64,000 nucleotides of DNA from positions 124,001 through 188,000 of the forward strand of contig NIVC01001471.1 in NCBI GenBank assembly GCA_002269645.1. Reading direction: 5' to 3'. A program made the translations under genes and the position numbers. Origin of the DNA: Macrostomum lignano (lineage: Eukaryota). This document shows, piece after piece, positions 1-13,098 of this stretch. Each line of letters starts with the position of its first letter. Position 1 is the first letter of the stretch. The notes beneath the pieces were generated by a model that did no database searches, was not told the DNA's origin, and was given only the letters and a program-made list of their open reading frames with translations.

Positions 1-3000
1 TTCCTCGGCCAGTTTGACGAGGCCATCAGGGTGCTGGCAGAGGAGGCTCGGTTCAGGCCCGGCAAGGACATCCTGTTCCTGCTGGGCAAGACTCAGATGA
101 AGGCCAAGCGGTTTGCTGATGCGGCTGGCAGTTTCCAGGAGTGCCTGGAGATTCTGGTAAGATGGCTGCTCGTGTGAATTTTTTGTTTGCTTGTTAACCC
201 ATGACAAACAATTGACTCAAAGTTTAGTATTTTACATTGAGTTTGAGCATTGAGTCTGAGCATTGATAATTGAGCATTGAGTCTGAGCATTGAGTCTGGG
301 CATTGAGTCTCAGCATTGAGTCTGAGCAATTGATAATTGAGCATTGAGTCTGAGCATTGAGTCTGGGCATTGAGTCTCAGCATTGAGTCTGAGCAATTGA
401 TAATTGAGCATTGAGTCTGAGCATTGAGCCTGGGCATTGAGTCTCAGCATTGAGTCTGAGCAATTGATAATTGAGCATTGAGTCTGAGCATTGAGCCTGG
501 GCATTGAGTCTCAGCATTGAGTCTGAGCAATTGATAATTGAGCATTGAGTCTGAGCATTGATAATTGAGCATTGAGTCTGAGCATTGAGCCTGGGAATTG
601 AGTCTCAGCATTGAGTCTGAGCAATTGATAATTGAGCATTGAGTCTGAGCATTGAGCCTGGGAATTGAGTCTCAGCATTGAGTCTGAGCATTGATAATTG
701 AGCATTGAGTCTGAGCATTGAGCCTGGGAATTGAGTCTCAGCATTGAGTCTGAGCAATTGATAATTGAGTATTGAGTCTGAGCATTGATAATTGAGTATT
801 GAGTCTAAGCATTGATAATTGAGAATTTGAGTCTGAGCATTGAGTCTGAGCATTGATAATTGAGAATTTGAGTCTGAGCATTGAGTCTGAGCATTGATAA
901 TTGAGAATTTGAGTCTGAGCATTGAGTCTGAGCATTGATAATTGAGAATTTGAGTCTGAGCATTGAGTCTGAGCATTGATAATTGAGAATTTGAGTCTGA
1001 GCATTGAGTCTGAGCATTGATAATTGAGAATTTGAGTCTGAGCATTGATAATTGAGAATTTGAGTCTGAGCATTGAGTCTGAGCATTGATAATTGAGAAT
1101 CGAGTCTGAGCATTGATAATTGAGAATCGAGTCTGAGCATTGATAATTGAGAATCGAGTCTGAGCATTGATAATTGAGAATCGAGTCTGAGCATTGATAA
1201 TTGAGAATCGAGTCTGAGCATTGATAATTGAGCATTGAGCAAACCGAAGGCGATGCTATCTCAGGAGTCCATTCTATTCTGGGATAATTTTTTCAGAAAA
1301 AATCCGCATACAAGTTCGATCGGGTAAAGCCACAGGTTTTCCTCATTTCTAGCCAACTGCTGGCCTTTTTTAATTGCTGAGACTGGTTTTGATCGTTCTT
1401 TCATTCGACTAACATCTATAGCACTAATCTATTCTTCAGCGTACTTTCTGCTAAGATTATTTTTCTCAAATTTTTAAGCTGACAGAATTTAACACCGTCA
1501 AGTTACTGTATTCAACGACTCATTTGGAAAGTTCTGATGTTCTACCAAGTGGAATTTTCCCGCTTTGACAATTTTCTCAGCCATGAGGGCCAACCCCCAA
1601 GGCACAGAGAATGTACGTGCCTGACGATTGAAAAGTCAGCTCCGCTGTACACCCTGAGTGAGCGAGTGTGAGCTGTAATCAATTCTAGATCTGATCTGTT
1701 CACTTATAGAAAACTGTTTCTTTTTATTAAAATTTTATGCGATCAACTCAAGAATCCATCACAAACCTGACTCCGATTTCGTGTGCTTTGCAGAAGCCTT
1801 GGGGTGGCGACAAAAAGCTGGTGTGGCCCAAAGAGGCCGCCCAGGTGCACTACCTCATCGGCGACTGTCACACGGCGCTGCAGAACTACGGAGAAGGGCT
1901 GGAGTCCTACACTGCCGCTCTGGCCATCGACTCCGGCTTCGCTGATGTGAGTCACTGCTCTCTAAGTCAGAGTTTTTGTTGGGTCTGTAGCGAGTTACAT
2001 GTAGCTTTTGTACGATTTAGCAGCTCATTGTAGACTACCCCTATCTACTGTACATGGTAGACAATCTACTGTACATTGTAGACAATCTACTGTACATGGT
2101 AGACAATCTACTGTACATTGTAGACAATCTACTGTACATGGTAGACAATCTACTGTACATTGTAGACAATATACTGTACATGGTAGACAATCTACTGCAC
2201 ATTGTAGACAATCTACTGCACATTGTAGACAATCTAATCTACTGTACATTGTAGACAATCTATTGCACATTGTAAGCAATCTACTGCACATTGTAGACAA
2301 TATACTGTACATTGTAGACAATATACTGTACATGGTAGACAATCTACTGCACATTGTAGACAATCTAATCTACTGTACATTGTAGACAATCTATTGCACA
2401 TTGTAAGCAATCTACTGCACATTGTAGACAATATACTGCACATTGTAAGCAATCTACTGCACATTGTAAGCAATCTACTGCACATTGTAGACAATCTACT
2501 GCCCATTGTAGACAATATACTGTACATTGTAGACTACCCTAATCTACTGCACATTGTAGACAATCTACTGCACATTGTCGTAGACAATCTACTGCACATT
2601 GTAGACAATCTACTGCACATTGTAGACAATATACTGTACATTGTAGACAATCTACTGTACATTGTAAGCAATCTACTGTACATTTAGGTAATCTACTATA
2701 GAACATCTGCAAAAGCTGCAGACAACAATCAGATAGACTTGACAGTCTTTTACTTACAAGCTCTTACATAATGAGAAAATTAGCCATTTCCATTTGCAAC
2801 AGGAAACCTGATGATGCTCAAGCCTTGTTTGCATGGCTCCCCCCCCGGCCAGATCCAGTTTCCATTTATTAAATTCTGTAAAAAATCTAGAAAAAATGTT
2901 GTCTAAAAATAGCTACAACTAGCTGGTCGGTTTGTGGACTGAGAAAGGGCCCCTCCCCCCCTGAATTCGACGATAAACAGAAAATGGCGTCAGGTTTCGG

Positions 3001-6000
3001 GAAATCACCAGGCATGGTTAATCCGATATTTTTTGACGATAGAAAGTCGGCGCTTAAGGTGGTCTATTTTGGCTCTGAATTTTTCCCTGCTTGGATTTTA
3101 GCTTGCAATTTGATCTTCTGTTTGATTTTGCTCCGCTTTGGTTCAATAGACAGTCTGCTGGTTTAAATAAACACCCACCCAAGTCTTCATTCTGCTTGCA
3201 TAAACACCCTTCCAGATCATCTAGTTGATTAAACACCCTTCCAGATCATCTAGTTGATTAAACACCCTTCCAGATCATCTAGTTGATTAAACACCCTTCC
3301 AGATCCTCTAGTTGAATAAACACCCTTCCAGATCCTCTAGTTGAATAAACATCCATCCGGATCCTCTAGTTGATTAAACATCCTTTCAGATACTCTAGTT
3401 GAATATAAACACCCTTTCAGATGCTCTAGTTGAATAAACACCCTTCCCGATCATCTAAGTGAATAAACACCCTTTCAGATGCTCTAGTTGATTAAACACC
3501 CTTTCAGATCTTCTATTTGAATAAACATCCATCCAGATCCTCTAGTTAAGTAAATAGCCCCTTAGGTTAAATAAGCACCATCACAGGTCTGTCAGGAGTG
3601 TTTACTATCGAGTGTTTAATATCGAATGCCTGTATTTAAATTTTGTTGATCAGTTGCCAAGCCAACCCGCCAACTGCAGGGTTTTTACCACCGCGGCCTC
3701 TGCCGGATCCTGATGAAGCAAGCCAAAGGTGTCCAGGACCTGAACCAGGCGCTAGCCATCAACCCGGCGATGTACCAAGTCTACCTGTCCCGGGCGGCTC
3801 ACTACGCCTGCGAGGGTCGCTACAGCAAGGCCGTCCTGAACTGCAACGAGGCCCTTCGACTGCAGCCGCAGTGCGTCCGCGCCCTGCTCTACCGCGGCTC
3901 CATCAAGTGCCGAATCCGAGCGTACGGCCTCGCCGTAGACGACCTGACCCGGGCCATCGCCGTCGACCCGACCTGCGCGCTGGCCTATTTCAACCGGGCC
4001 GTCTGTCACGGCGAGAGCCGCCAGCCGGACCTCGCCCTGCGCGACTACGGAGTCGTGCTCATGCTCAACGACCGCCGGCTGCGCTACCGCACGCTGGTGA
4101 ACCGCGGCCTGCTGTACCTGACCTCCTGCAGCGATCCGGAGAACGCGCTCGGCGACTTCCTGCTGGCTGCTCGCGACCGGCCAAACGATGAGCGACTTCT
4201 GCACGCCATCGGCACCTGCTACCACCGGCTGCGCCGCCTGCCGCAGGCCGTCCGGGCGTTCAGCCGGGCTCTGGACGCAAATTCGAACTTCTACGATGCC
4301 TACATCGGCCGGGCCAACTGCTACCTGGACTTCGGCAGCCCGCGCAGCGTCCTGTTCGCCAGGCGCGACTACGAGCGCGTCCTGATGAGCGACCCGCGCC
4401 ACCTGGCCGCCCGGGTCAACCTAGCCTTCAGCCTGCAGATGGACGGCCGCATGCGCGCCGCCTGGGACCAGCTGAGTGCGGCCATCCGCTTCCAGCCGGA
4501 CTCGCCGAAGCCGTGGGAATGCCGCGCTGTGGTCTCGCTCCAGATGTCCAACCTGGACGGCGCTCTGGCCGACGCCAACGAGGCTGTGCGACTGCGGCCT
4601 AGCAGTGCAGAGAGTCTGGCGACGCGCGGCGTTGTGCAGCAGTGCGCCGGCGACCGCGTTTCGGCGATGCGCGACTACCAGAAAGCGATCCTGGCGGAGC
4701 CGAGCTTCTCCCTGGCCTATTATAACGCCGCCAACGTGTACCTGCAGCAGCGCCAGTACCATCAGGCGCTACGCTACTACGACTCCTGCATCCGGCTCAA
4801 TCCCGCCGACGAAGGTGCTCACAACAATCGGGCTCTGACTAGAGGCCTGCTCGGTGACGTGGACGGAGCTCTGGCCGATGCTAGCCGGGCCATCGAGCTC
4901 AGCCCGCACATGGTGCACGCCTTCTTCAACAGGGGCAAACTGGCCGTGCGAGCTGGGAACTTCGACTCGGCTGAGGCCGATTTTAGCGCTGGTGAGTGCT
5001 GAGTCTGCGTGCTTGCTGAGTCTGCGTGCTTGCTGAGTCTGCGTGCTTGCTGAGTCTGCGTCCTTGCTGAGTCTGAGTGCTTGCTGAGTCTGCTTGCTTG
5101 CTGAGTCTGCGTGCTTGCTGAGTCTGAGTGCTTGCTGAGTCTGCGTGCTCGGTGAGTCTGAGTGCTTGCTGAGTCTGAGTGAGTGCTGAGTCTGCGTGCT
5201 CGGTGAGTCTGAGTGCTTGCTGAGTCTGAGTGAGTGCTGAGTCTGAGTGCTTGCTGAGTCTGAGTGCTTGCTGAGTCTGAGTGCTTGCTGAGTCTGAGTG
5301 CTTGCTGAGTCTGCGTGCTTGCTGAGTCTGCGTGCTTGCTGAGTCTGCGTCCTTGCTGAGTCTGAGTGCTTGCTGAGTCTGCTTGCTTGCTGAGTCTGCG
5401 TGCTTGCTGAGTCTGAGTGCTTGCTGAGTCTGCGTGCTCGGTGAGTCTGAGTGCTTGCTGAGTCTGAGTGCTTGCTGAGTCTGAGTGCTTGCTGAGTCTG
5501 AGTGCTTGTTGAGTCTGAGTGCTTGTTGAGTCTGAGTGCTTGCTGAGTCTGAGTGCTTGCTGAGTCTGAGTGCTTGCTGAGTCTGAGTGAGTGCTGAGTC
5601 TGAGTGCTTGTTGAGTCTGAGTGAGTGCTGAGTCTGAGTGCTTGTTGAGTCTGAGTGCTTGTTGAGTCTGAGTGCTTGTTGAGTCTGAGTGCTTGTTGAG
5701 TCTGAGTGCTTGTTGAGTCTGAGTGCTTGCTGAGTATTTATTGTGTCTTGTGTCAGGCCTTTTTGTGCACAGTAAACTACTCTTGCACTGCAGTAGCTCT
5801 GCGTCACTTGTCCCCGTGTATCTTCTATTGCATCGTCTGTTCGACTTGCTTCTTGGTGTTTAGTTTCGAAAATATGATTCCGAAGCAGAGAAGCTGCAAG
5901 ATCAAAATATGCAAGCCTTTCTTCGCTCGAAGAAAAACACTAAGTGTCCGGGCAGAAAATGATACACTTGGGAGGTAATCGGGGCATTTTTTCGACTGGG

Positions 6001-8208
6001 GAAAATTACAGCCAGGGAAGCTGAGCCTGAGGTTTGTGCTCCGGGCCGCAGCTGCGAGCAGAGCTGTAATAACAGGGATGAACCTGCTTGCCACTGTCCA
6101 AAGCTGGGCATTTATCCCCGTGGCTATGACTCTCCGAATCCTCATCCTTAAAAATTGTCTTCCCGCGTTGCTTCTCATTTAGCAGCAGATTTCGAGAGTC
6201 CCAATTAGTGCGAAGTGGCAATTTTGCTGCTCAAAAATATGGGATGCACTCAAACCCTTTTCTGTCTCAGTTGATTGAGCCTTGCAGGTCTCTTTTTGCC
6301 TTTTTCTCTTTGAATTATTCTTGTGGATTAGCCCGCATCCTTTGTGCAGCGAGTGACTGACGGGATGGTATTCAAGACCTGCTGCGATGGAAATGCTTGC
6401 TTCACAATTCCTAGCATCTATAGCACCCCAATTTCCAACCCCTACCCTAGAATCGATAAAACACCCCGATTTCGATTTCTATCCCTTACCCCTAGAATCG
6501 ATAAAACACCCCAATTTCTAACACCTACCCTAAAATCGATAAAACACTCTGATTTCTATCCCTTACCCCTAGAATCGATAAAACACCCCGATTTCTATCC
6601 CTTACCCCTAGAATCGATAAAACACCCCGATTTCTATCCCTTACCCTTAGAATCGATAAAACACCCCGATTTCTATCCCTTACCCTTAGAATCGATAAAA
6701 CACCCCGATTTCTATCCCTTACCCCTAGAATCGATAAAACACTCTGATTTCTATCCCTTACCCCTAGAATCGATAAAACACCCCGATTTCTATCCCTTAC
6801 CCTTAGAATCGATAAAACACCCCGATTTCTATCCCTTACCCCTAGAATCGATAAAAAAACACCCCGATTTCCAACCCCTACCCAAGAATCGATAAAACAC
6901 CCCGATTTCTAACACCTACCCTAGAATCGATAAAACACCCCGATTTCGATTTCTATCCCTTACCCCTAGAATCTATAAAACACCCCGATTTCTAACACCT
7001 ACCCTAGCATCGATAAAACACCCCGATTTCGATTTCTATCCCTTACCCCTAGAATCGATAAAACACCCCGACTTCCAACCCCTACCCAAGAATCGATAAA
7101 ACACCCTGATTTCTATCCCTTGCCCCTAGAATCGATAAAACACCCCGATTTCTATCCCTTACCCTTAGAATCGATAAAACACCCCGATTTCTATCCCTTA
7201 CCCCTAGAATCGATAAAAAAACACCCCGATTTCCAACCCCTACCCAAGAATCGATAAAACACCCCGATTTCTAACACCTACCCTAGAATCGATAAAACAC
7301 CCCGATTTCGATTTCTATCCCTTACCCCTAGAATCTATAAAACACCCCGATTTCTAACACCTACCCTAGCATCGATAAAACACCCCGATTTCGATTTCTA
7401 TCCCTTACCCCTAGAATCGATAAAACACCCCGACTTCCAACCCCTACCCAAGAATCGATAAAACACCCTGATTTCTATCCCTTGCCCCTAGAATCGATAA
7501 AACACCCCGATTTCTATCCCTTACCCTTAGAATCGATAAAACACCCCGATTTCTATCCCTTACCCCTAGAATCGATAAAAAAACACCCCGATTTCCAACC
7601 CCTACCCAAGAATCGATAAAACACCCCGATTTCTAACACCTACCCTAGAATCGATAAAACACCCCGATTTCTAACCCCTGCCTCAAGAATCAATAAAACA
7701 CCCGATTCCTAACCCCTGCCTCAAGAATCAATAAACACCCGATTCCTAACCCCTGCCTCAAGAATCATTAAAACACCCGATTCCTAACCCCTACCTCAAA
7801 AATTAATAAAACACCCGATTCCTAACCCCTACCTCAAAAATTAATAAAACACCCGATTCCTAACCCCTGCCTCAAGAATCAATAAACACCCGATTCCTAA
7901 CCCCTGCCTCAAGAATCATTAAAACACCCGATTCCTAACCCCTACCTCAAAAATTAATAAAACACCCGATTCCTAACATCTGCCCCTAGAATCAATAAAA
8001 CATCCGATTTCTAACCACTTACTCTGAATATGAACAAAATTCGATATAAAATTCCGATGTTCTCGCCTCGCCCTTCATTGCAGCCCTGCTAATCCAACCC
8101 GACGACCCCGTGGTGTTGAAGTCACGGGCCGACTGCCTCGGCAAACTCGGGAAACGCCAAGCGGCCATCGAGGACTACAAGCGGGCTGTGCAGCTCACGG
8201 ATCGATGA
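1..8208 (+). CDS. TTC6: Tetratricopeptide repeat protein 6-like, 3' part (gene starts upstream of the window); exons 1-156, 1794-1946, 3680-4991, 8084-8208
   Basis: GT-AG junctions join in frame (phases 0,0,1): FLGQFDEAIRVL...EIL | KPWGGDKK...GFAD | GFYHRGLCRILMKQAKGVQDLNQAL...ADFSA | ALLIQPDDPVVLKSRADCLGKLGKRQAAIEDYKRAVQLTDR*. Many consecutive TPR motifs; the C-terminus resembles vertebrate TTC6 as I recall it. Confidence 0.85.
235..1240. repeat. Compound minisatellite of 13-14-bp modules (GAGTCTGAGCATT / GATAATTGAGCATT / GAGCCTGGGCATT) in the first visible TTC6 intron
   Basis: Periodicity read directly; accounts for the spurious minus-strand MLRLNAQ ORFs. Confidence 0.95.
2030..2690. repeat. 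21-bp minisatellite (TACATTGTAGACAATCTACTG) in a TTC6 intron
   Basis: Tandem periodicity; 7-aa periodic ORFs in several frames. Confidence 0.95.
3195..3560. repeat. ~29-30-bp degenerate minisatellite (TAAACACCCTTCCAGATCATCTAGTTGAT) in a TTC6 intron
   Basis: About 12 tandem units visible. Confidence 0.9.
4995..5735. repeat. 17-bp minisatellite (CTGAGTCTGAGTGCTTG) starting immediately after the TTC6 donor at 4992
   Basis: Tandem periodicity; unit resembles the donor context GTGAGTGCTGAGTCTG. Confidence 0.95.
6435..8010. repeat. ~39-bp C-rich minisatellite (AAAACACCCCGATTTCTATCCCTTACCCCTAGAATCGAT) with a higher-order duplication and drift to a shorter variant, in the last TTC6 intron
   Basis: 13-aa periodic ORF (LESIKHPDFYPLP); a block around 6860-7200 recurs around 7220-7570. 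Confidence 0.95.
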
Positions 8209-8639
8209 AAATATTCACGAATCGAATCTGAATTTGCCGTTTTATTTACTTTGTTAAACTTCAGTCAAGGTGGCTTGACATTTTTTTACAGCACAGTAGC
8301 TTATTGACCGTAGTTACATGTACACACAGATTTGGGACTTCGTTGTTAAAAAAGAAGATTTTTTCAAGATTGTGATATTTTAATTTTCTAGCAAGGATTG
8401 AAAATCGAGAAAGATTTATGCGTTCAATGGCCTTGCTATATAACTTGCTATTTTTATTAAGTCTATATTTAGGGTAAAGCAAAAAATATATATTAACCTT
8501 TTTAACTGTTTTTAATAACTCACTAATTTTCTTACTTTTATTGAGACTGATGCAGCTTGTGCATATTAAAGTAGTAAACTGGCTACAGACAAGCCACGGT
8601 AAGGGGAAAGGTTATGGTTAAAGGATTAAGGTTATTTTT

Positions 8640-9155
8640 AGGTCCAGGCTTTCTAGGCTTGTCTAGGGTTAGGTCTTGGTTTGTCTAGGGTTAAGTCTAG
8701 GGTTATCTAGGGTTAAATATAGGGTTGTCTATTGTTAATTCTAGGGTTGTCTAGGGTTAGGTCTTGGTTTGTCTAGGGTTAAGTCTAGGGTTATCTAGGG
8801 TCAGGTCTAGGGTTATCTAGGGTTAGGTCTAGGCTTGTCTAGGGTTAGGTCTAGGGTTATTTAGGGTTAAATCTAGGGTTGTCTATTGTTAATTCTAGGG
8901 TTGTCTAGGGTTAGTCTAGGGTTAAGTCTAGGGTTATCTAGGGTTAGGTCTAGGGTTGTCTAGGGTTAGGTCTAGGTTAGGGCTAGGGTTAGGTCTAGGT
9001 TAGGGCTAGGGTTAGGTCTAGGTTAGGGCTAGGGTTAGGTCTAGGTTAGGGCTAGGGTTAGGTCTAGGTTAGGGCTAGGGTTAGGTCTAGGTTAGGGCTA
9101 GGGTTAGGTCTAGGTTAGGCCTAGGGTTAGGTCTAGGTTAGGGCTAGGGTTAGGA
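8640..9155 (+). repeat. Telomere-like (TTAGGG-derived) degenerate repeat ending in a 23-bp unit (GGGCTAGGGTTAGGTCTAGGTTA)
   Basis: Dense TTAGGG/CTAGGG/TTAGG motifs directly upstream of ANKRD45. Confidence 0.85.
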
Positions 9156-9235
9156 TTAGTGTTAGGGTTGGCCCAGAGTATCTAGCTATCGGCATGCACA
9201 TATTTACGCACTGTACTTCAATTCATGCGCCAGAC

Positions 9236-9918
9236 ATGGAGATCGAAGAGGGCGAGCCGGTCCAGCTGACTCAGCATGCGCTGTTCGATCTGATCCAGCG
9301 CGGCAGCTACAGGGCGATGATCGACGCCCTGGACAACCCGATCGCGCACCCGCCGGAGGTGATCGCCCAGCTGATGTCCGGTCGCAGCGAGCTGGGCAAG
9401 TCGCCACTGGACACGGCAGTCTTCATGTGTCGCCAGGAGATCGTCAAGGACCTCGTGTTGAACCGCGGCGCCGACGTGAATGCCACCAACGCAGAAGGCT
9501 ACACGGCGATGCACCTGGCCGCGGCCTGGCGCAACGCCGAAGCCTTGAAGATCATCTACGCCCAGGGCGGCGACATCCAGCGCTGCAGCCGGTTCGGCGA
9601 GCGTCCCATCGAGGTGGCTCAGCGCTACGGCAACTCCGAGTGCGTCGACTTCCTTCAGTGGGCGGAGGCCCGCGACGCGTTCGCCGCCGCAATCCGGCAG
9701 ATGCGGGAGACGCTGGCGGACACGGAGAAGCTGCAGGGCCGGCTGAACAAGGACGAGAGAAAGCAGGCGGACCTGGCCTGCACGGAGCGCGAGCAGTGGC
9801 TGCAGGGGCGCAGGACGCCACAACGCAGAATTTCATAGCCATGCGGCTGGAGCTGGAGGACCAGTTTGCTCCGATCTACATCAAGCTGAGCGAGCCGCTG
9901 CCGGAGAAGACAAAGTGA
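9236..9918 (+). CDS. ANKRD45: Ankyrin repeat domain-containing protein 45-like; intronless; 1-nt frameshift in the G-run at ~9805-9808
   Basis: Ankyrin repeats (GKSPLDTAV; GYTAMHLAAAW; GERPIEVAQRYGNSECVDFLQWAEAR) then DTEKLQGRLNKDE...EQWL, matching ANKRD45. The C-terminus AQDATTQNFIAMRLELEDQFAPIYIKL is in another frame and is restored by one extra base. Confidence 0.85.
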
Positions 9919-10596
9919 TGGACTTGATGCCTGCTAATTGCTAAGTTGAATAAGTTGGGCCGCTCTCCGCACTGCAGGCGTCTATACAGTGTATACATGT
10001 GCATGAATTTGGTGAAATATTGTTATTAAACTACAGCCATCATTTTATTCCTCAATCATAGGCTTACTGTTCTAATTCCTAGATCCCTAATGATTCCCGG
10101 ATCCCTAATGACTCCCAGATCCCAATTATTACTCTCAGATTCCTAATATGTCTCCCAGATCCCTAATATGACTCCCAGATCCCAAATATCCCTCCTAGAC
10201 CCCAAATACCCATACCAGATCCTCAACCAGAGAGTGCACATTGCTAACAAAGATTGATGTAGGAGTAATTAAACTTTTTACGGTTAACATTAATGAACAA
10301 CTGACCAAAATCGAAAATTAAATAAATATCTTTTTTACAACAGGTTTAGCGTTATGCTATATTTTTTATTCTTTATTTTTGCTTAGAATTGCATAAATTC
10401 TAAGGCCCGAAAGCCCATTGAGAGACGCGTGAATCAAACGAAGTTTTTCAGTCCTTTGGATAGGGATTAGGTTTCCTTTGTTAGCTTTCTCTTTTATAAT
10501 TTAGAATCAGAAAAACAGCTGCTTTTGTGCAGGTAGTTCAAGTATAATCACAACTCAAGCTCTCGGGGTTTTCATATCGTTGCTTCTGACACCTTG

Positions 10597-11195
10597 GCAT
10601 TCCATTCTTTCCCCTGACATCCCGCACTGTCTCTTCTCTGGCACTCCATTCTTTCCCCTTACATCCCGCACTGTCTCTTCTCTGACACTCCATTCTTTCC
10701 CCTGACATCCCGCACTGTCTCTTCTCTGGCACTCCATTCTTTCCCCTGACATCCCGCACTGTCTCTTCTCTGGCACTCCATTCTTTCCCCTTACATCCCG
10801 CACTGTCTCTTCTCTGGCACTCCATTCTTTCCCCTGACATCCCGCACTGTCTCTTCTCTGACACTCCATTCTTTCCCCTGACATCCCGCACTGTCTCTTC
10901 TCTGGCACTCCATTCTTTCCCCTGACATCCCGCACTGTCTCTTCTCTGGCACTCCATTCTTTCCCCTTACATCCCGCACTGTCTCTTCTCTGGCACTCCA
11001 TTCTTTCCCCTGACATCCCGCACTGTCTCTTCTCTGACACTCCATTCTTTCCCCTGACATCCCGCACTGTCTCTTCTCTGGCACTCCATTCTTTCCCCTG
11101 ACATCCCGCACTGTCTCTTCTCTGGCACTCCATTCTTTCCCCTGACATCCCGCACTGTCTCTTCTCTGGCACTCCATTCTTTCCCCTGACACCGC
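10597..11195. repeat. 44-bp minisatellite (CACTGTCTCTTCTCTGGCACTCCATTCTTTCCCCTGACATCCCG), ~13 copies
   Basis: Near-perfect tandem units between ANKRD45 and B9D1. Confidence 0.95.
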
Positions 11196-11513
11196 ATTAT
11201 TTTCTCTGACAATTCAATCTTTCCTCTAAGACTTTATTCTTTACTTTGACATTCCTCTCTCTCTCTCTCTTTCTCTCTCTGACAGTCCATTCTTTCGCAT
11301 GACACTCTGTGCTCTCTTCCGTCTGATGCAGATGTCTTGCTTGACTTTCATTCGATCCTTCTTCCCTTTGTAATTCCCGTAATACTCGCATACTGTGGAC
11401 CTGCTAATTCCCCAATCGGCTTACCACATTCACCCGCTAATCGCTTTGATTGCTGATGACGCCAAAGTTTTGGTTTTGAATGCATGCGGCAGTCGCGCCC
11501 ACTCGAGTGAACA

Positions 11514-12131
11514 ATGTCGGGTACCGCAGGCGCCCTAGAAGCTGCCGGCAGCTTCCTAGTGAACACGTGCGGCCAGATTGAGAGCGCAGAGATTCCGCAC
11601 TACGATTACATCTTCATCATGTACCAGTTCGTGCACGGAGAGGACTGGGAGCGGGTGCTGGGACTTGAGGAGGCCGTGTCGCAGCTGTCCAGCAAGTCAG
11701 ACGATGTCAGAGGCCTGCACAACTTTGCTATGCCAGTTGATGTCACCTGGAAGGCCACCAATCCGCACGGTTGGCCCCAGCTGGTGATCACGGCGCTTGG
11801 CACAGACGTGTGGGGCACGCAGGTGGTCAGGGGCTACGCTGTGTGCCACCTGCCCATGCAGCCGGGCCGTTGCGTCAAACGGATCCCGCTGTTTGCTCCG
11901 AAGTCTTCGTCGCTGTTCAGCTCAATCCAGGGCTTCCTGCAGAGCGACCAGCCGCACTACACGGACCCGAAGATACTCGGCCAAGGCCAGGGCCGCCAGG
12001 TGACCCGGGTGCGCAGTCTGGGTCACGTCAATTTGACTTTTAACACCTGTCTGAAAAATCTGAGGACTCTGGGCTACCAGACAACCAGCGCAGAGGTCGG
12101 AGCTGCTGTCACCTCGTCAGGCATCGTGTGA
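11514..12131 (+). CDS. B9D1: B9 domain-containing protein 1 (ciliary transition zone, MKS module), intronless
   Basis: 205-aa ORF with B9D1 motifs: GQIESAE, GEDW..GLEE..SQ, PVDVTWKATNPHGWPQLV, VVRGY, P.YTDPKILGQGQGRQVTRVRS.G.V. Confidence 0.95.
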   Translation: MSGTAGALEAAGSFLVNTCGQIESAEIPHYDYIFIMYQFVHGEDWERVLGLEEAVSQLSSKSDDVRGLHNFAMPVDVTWKATNPHGWPQLVITALGTDVWGTQVVRGYAVCHLPMQPGRCVKRIPLFAPKSSSLFSSIQGFLQSDQPHYTDPKILGQGQGRQVTRVRSLGHVNLTFNTCLKNLRTLGYQTTSAEVGAAVTSSGIV

Positions 12132-12825
12132 AGTTGGCTGCTCACCACTCAGGAGCGAGTACTGCTGGAAGTAAGCGGACTTAGTAATTATTAGTAAACT
12201 TTAGTAACCAAGCTGATTCTTACCAGCAGGTGCCCCAAGGTAGCTTCATCGTTGCTGAGTAAAAATGTACCTGACTTCATCACCTCTGTCTGTTTCAACC
12301 GAATCTGGGTACATGCTTTCTAAGACTCAACCCAAAAATACTAATTTTTACACTCTTACAATATTGTTTTGATCTCACTAAATACTGCGTAAAAATGTGA
12401 CTTTTTGCACATTTCGAATTTAATTTTAACTGAATTCGGATTTCAGCTAATCTCTATTTTATCCTCTGCTAAATCGTTTAAATATGGCGTGTTTTAGTAA
12501 ACTTTACTACAATTACATTTTCGACTAACGCTGCTTCCATTACAGCTTTATTGGTAACTGCGTCCTTGGAAGAACTATTCGATGATAACATTATTTTACA
12601 CTAAATGCTTCCATTGTTTCTCAAATATAATAAGACACTATTGTAACACGATATAAATGTGTAAAATCGTGCATTAAACGCTAAAAGCGTGCTTAAATGG
12701 CTCGTGATCGTGTATTGGCTGGAGTCATTTAATGCACGAGAAATATACATCGTGTTGGCAGATGTAAATTTCTCACGAGTTGGCACAGTAAAAACGAAAG
12801 TTTAACTGGCAATAATAATGATTGA

Positions 12826-13098
12826 TTACACCTGTCCTAATGGGCAGATGTGCAACCGACAGCTCAGCCGCAGCTATTGCGCGGAGCATCTGAAGGCTGC
12901 GTACGGCTGTTCAGTCCAAGGACTGGGGGGTCGCCACACGCACACGCCCTCAATAACCCCAGCTAATGCTGGCACTCATTTTACAGCTGGGTTAACTGAA
13001 GCAATGCAGAGTTAAGTGTCTTGCTCAAGGACACAAATTGATCCGAGTGGGATCGGGAATCGAACCCCCGACCTTCCAGTCGTGAGTCGGCAACCCGT
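12826..13098 (-). mobile_element. tRNA-derived SINE, 5'-truncated copy of the family at 32345-32640
   Basis: Reverse complement aligns by eye with 32345-32640: B-box GGTTCGATTC, TGTGTCCTTGAGCAAGACACTT, CCCCCAGTCCTTGGACTGAACAGCCGTACGCAGCCTTCAGATG. Confidence 0.85.

Noticed and set aside
93-1242. Numerous minus-strand ORFs (MLRLNAQ...), and similar periodic ORFs at 2008-2687, 4983-5807, 6344-6895, 10538-11212, 15263-16599, 18442-19442, 20287-20820, 29761-30530, 41897-42566
   Set aside because: They are translations of tandem repeats that lack stops in some frames; most lie in introns of recognisable genes.
3752-4762. Long antisense or alternative-frame ORFs over TTC6, ANKRD45, G-alpha, the RTE and the arrestin
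   Set aside because: Expected shadow ORFs of GC3-rich coding sequence; no independent motifs.
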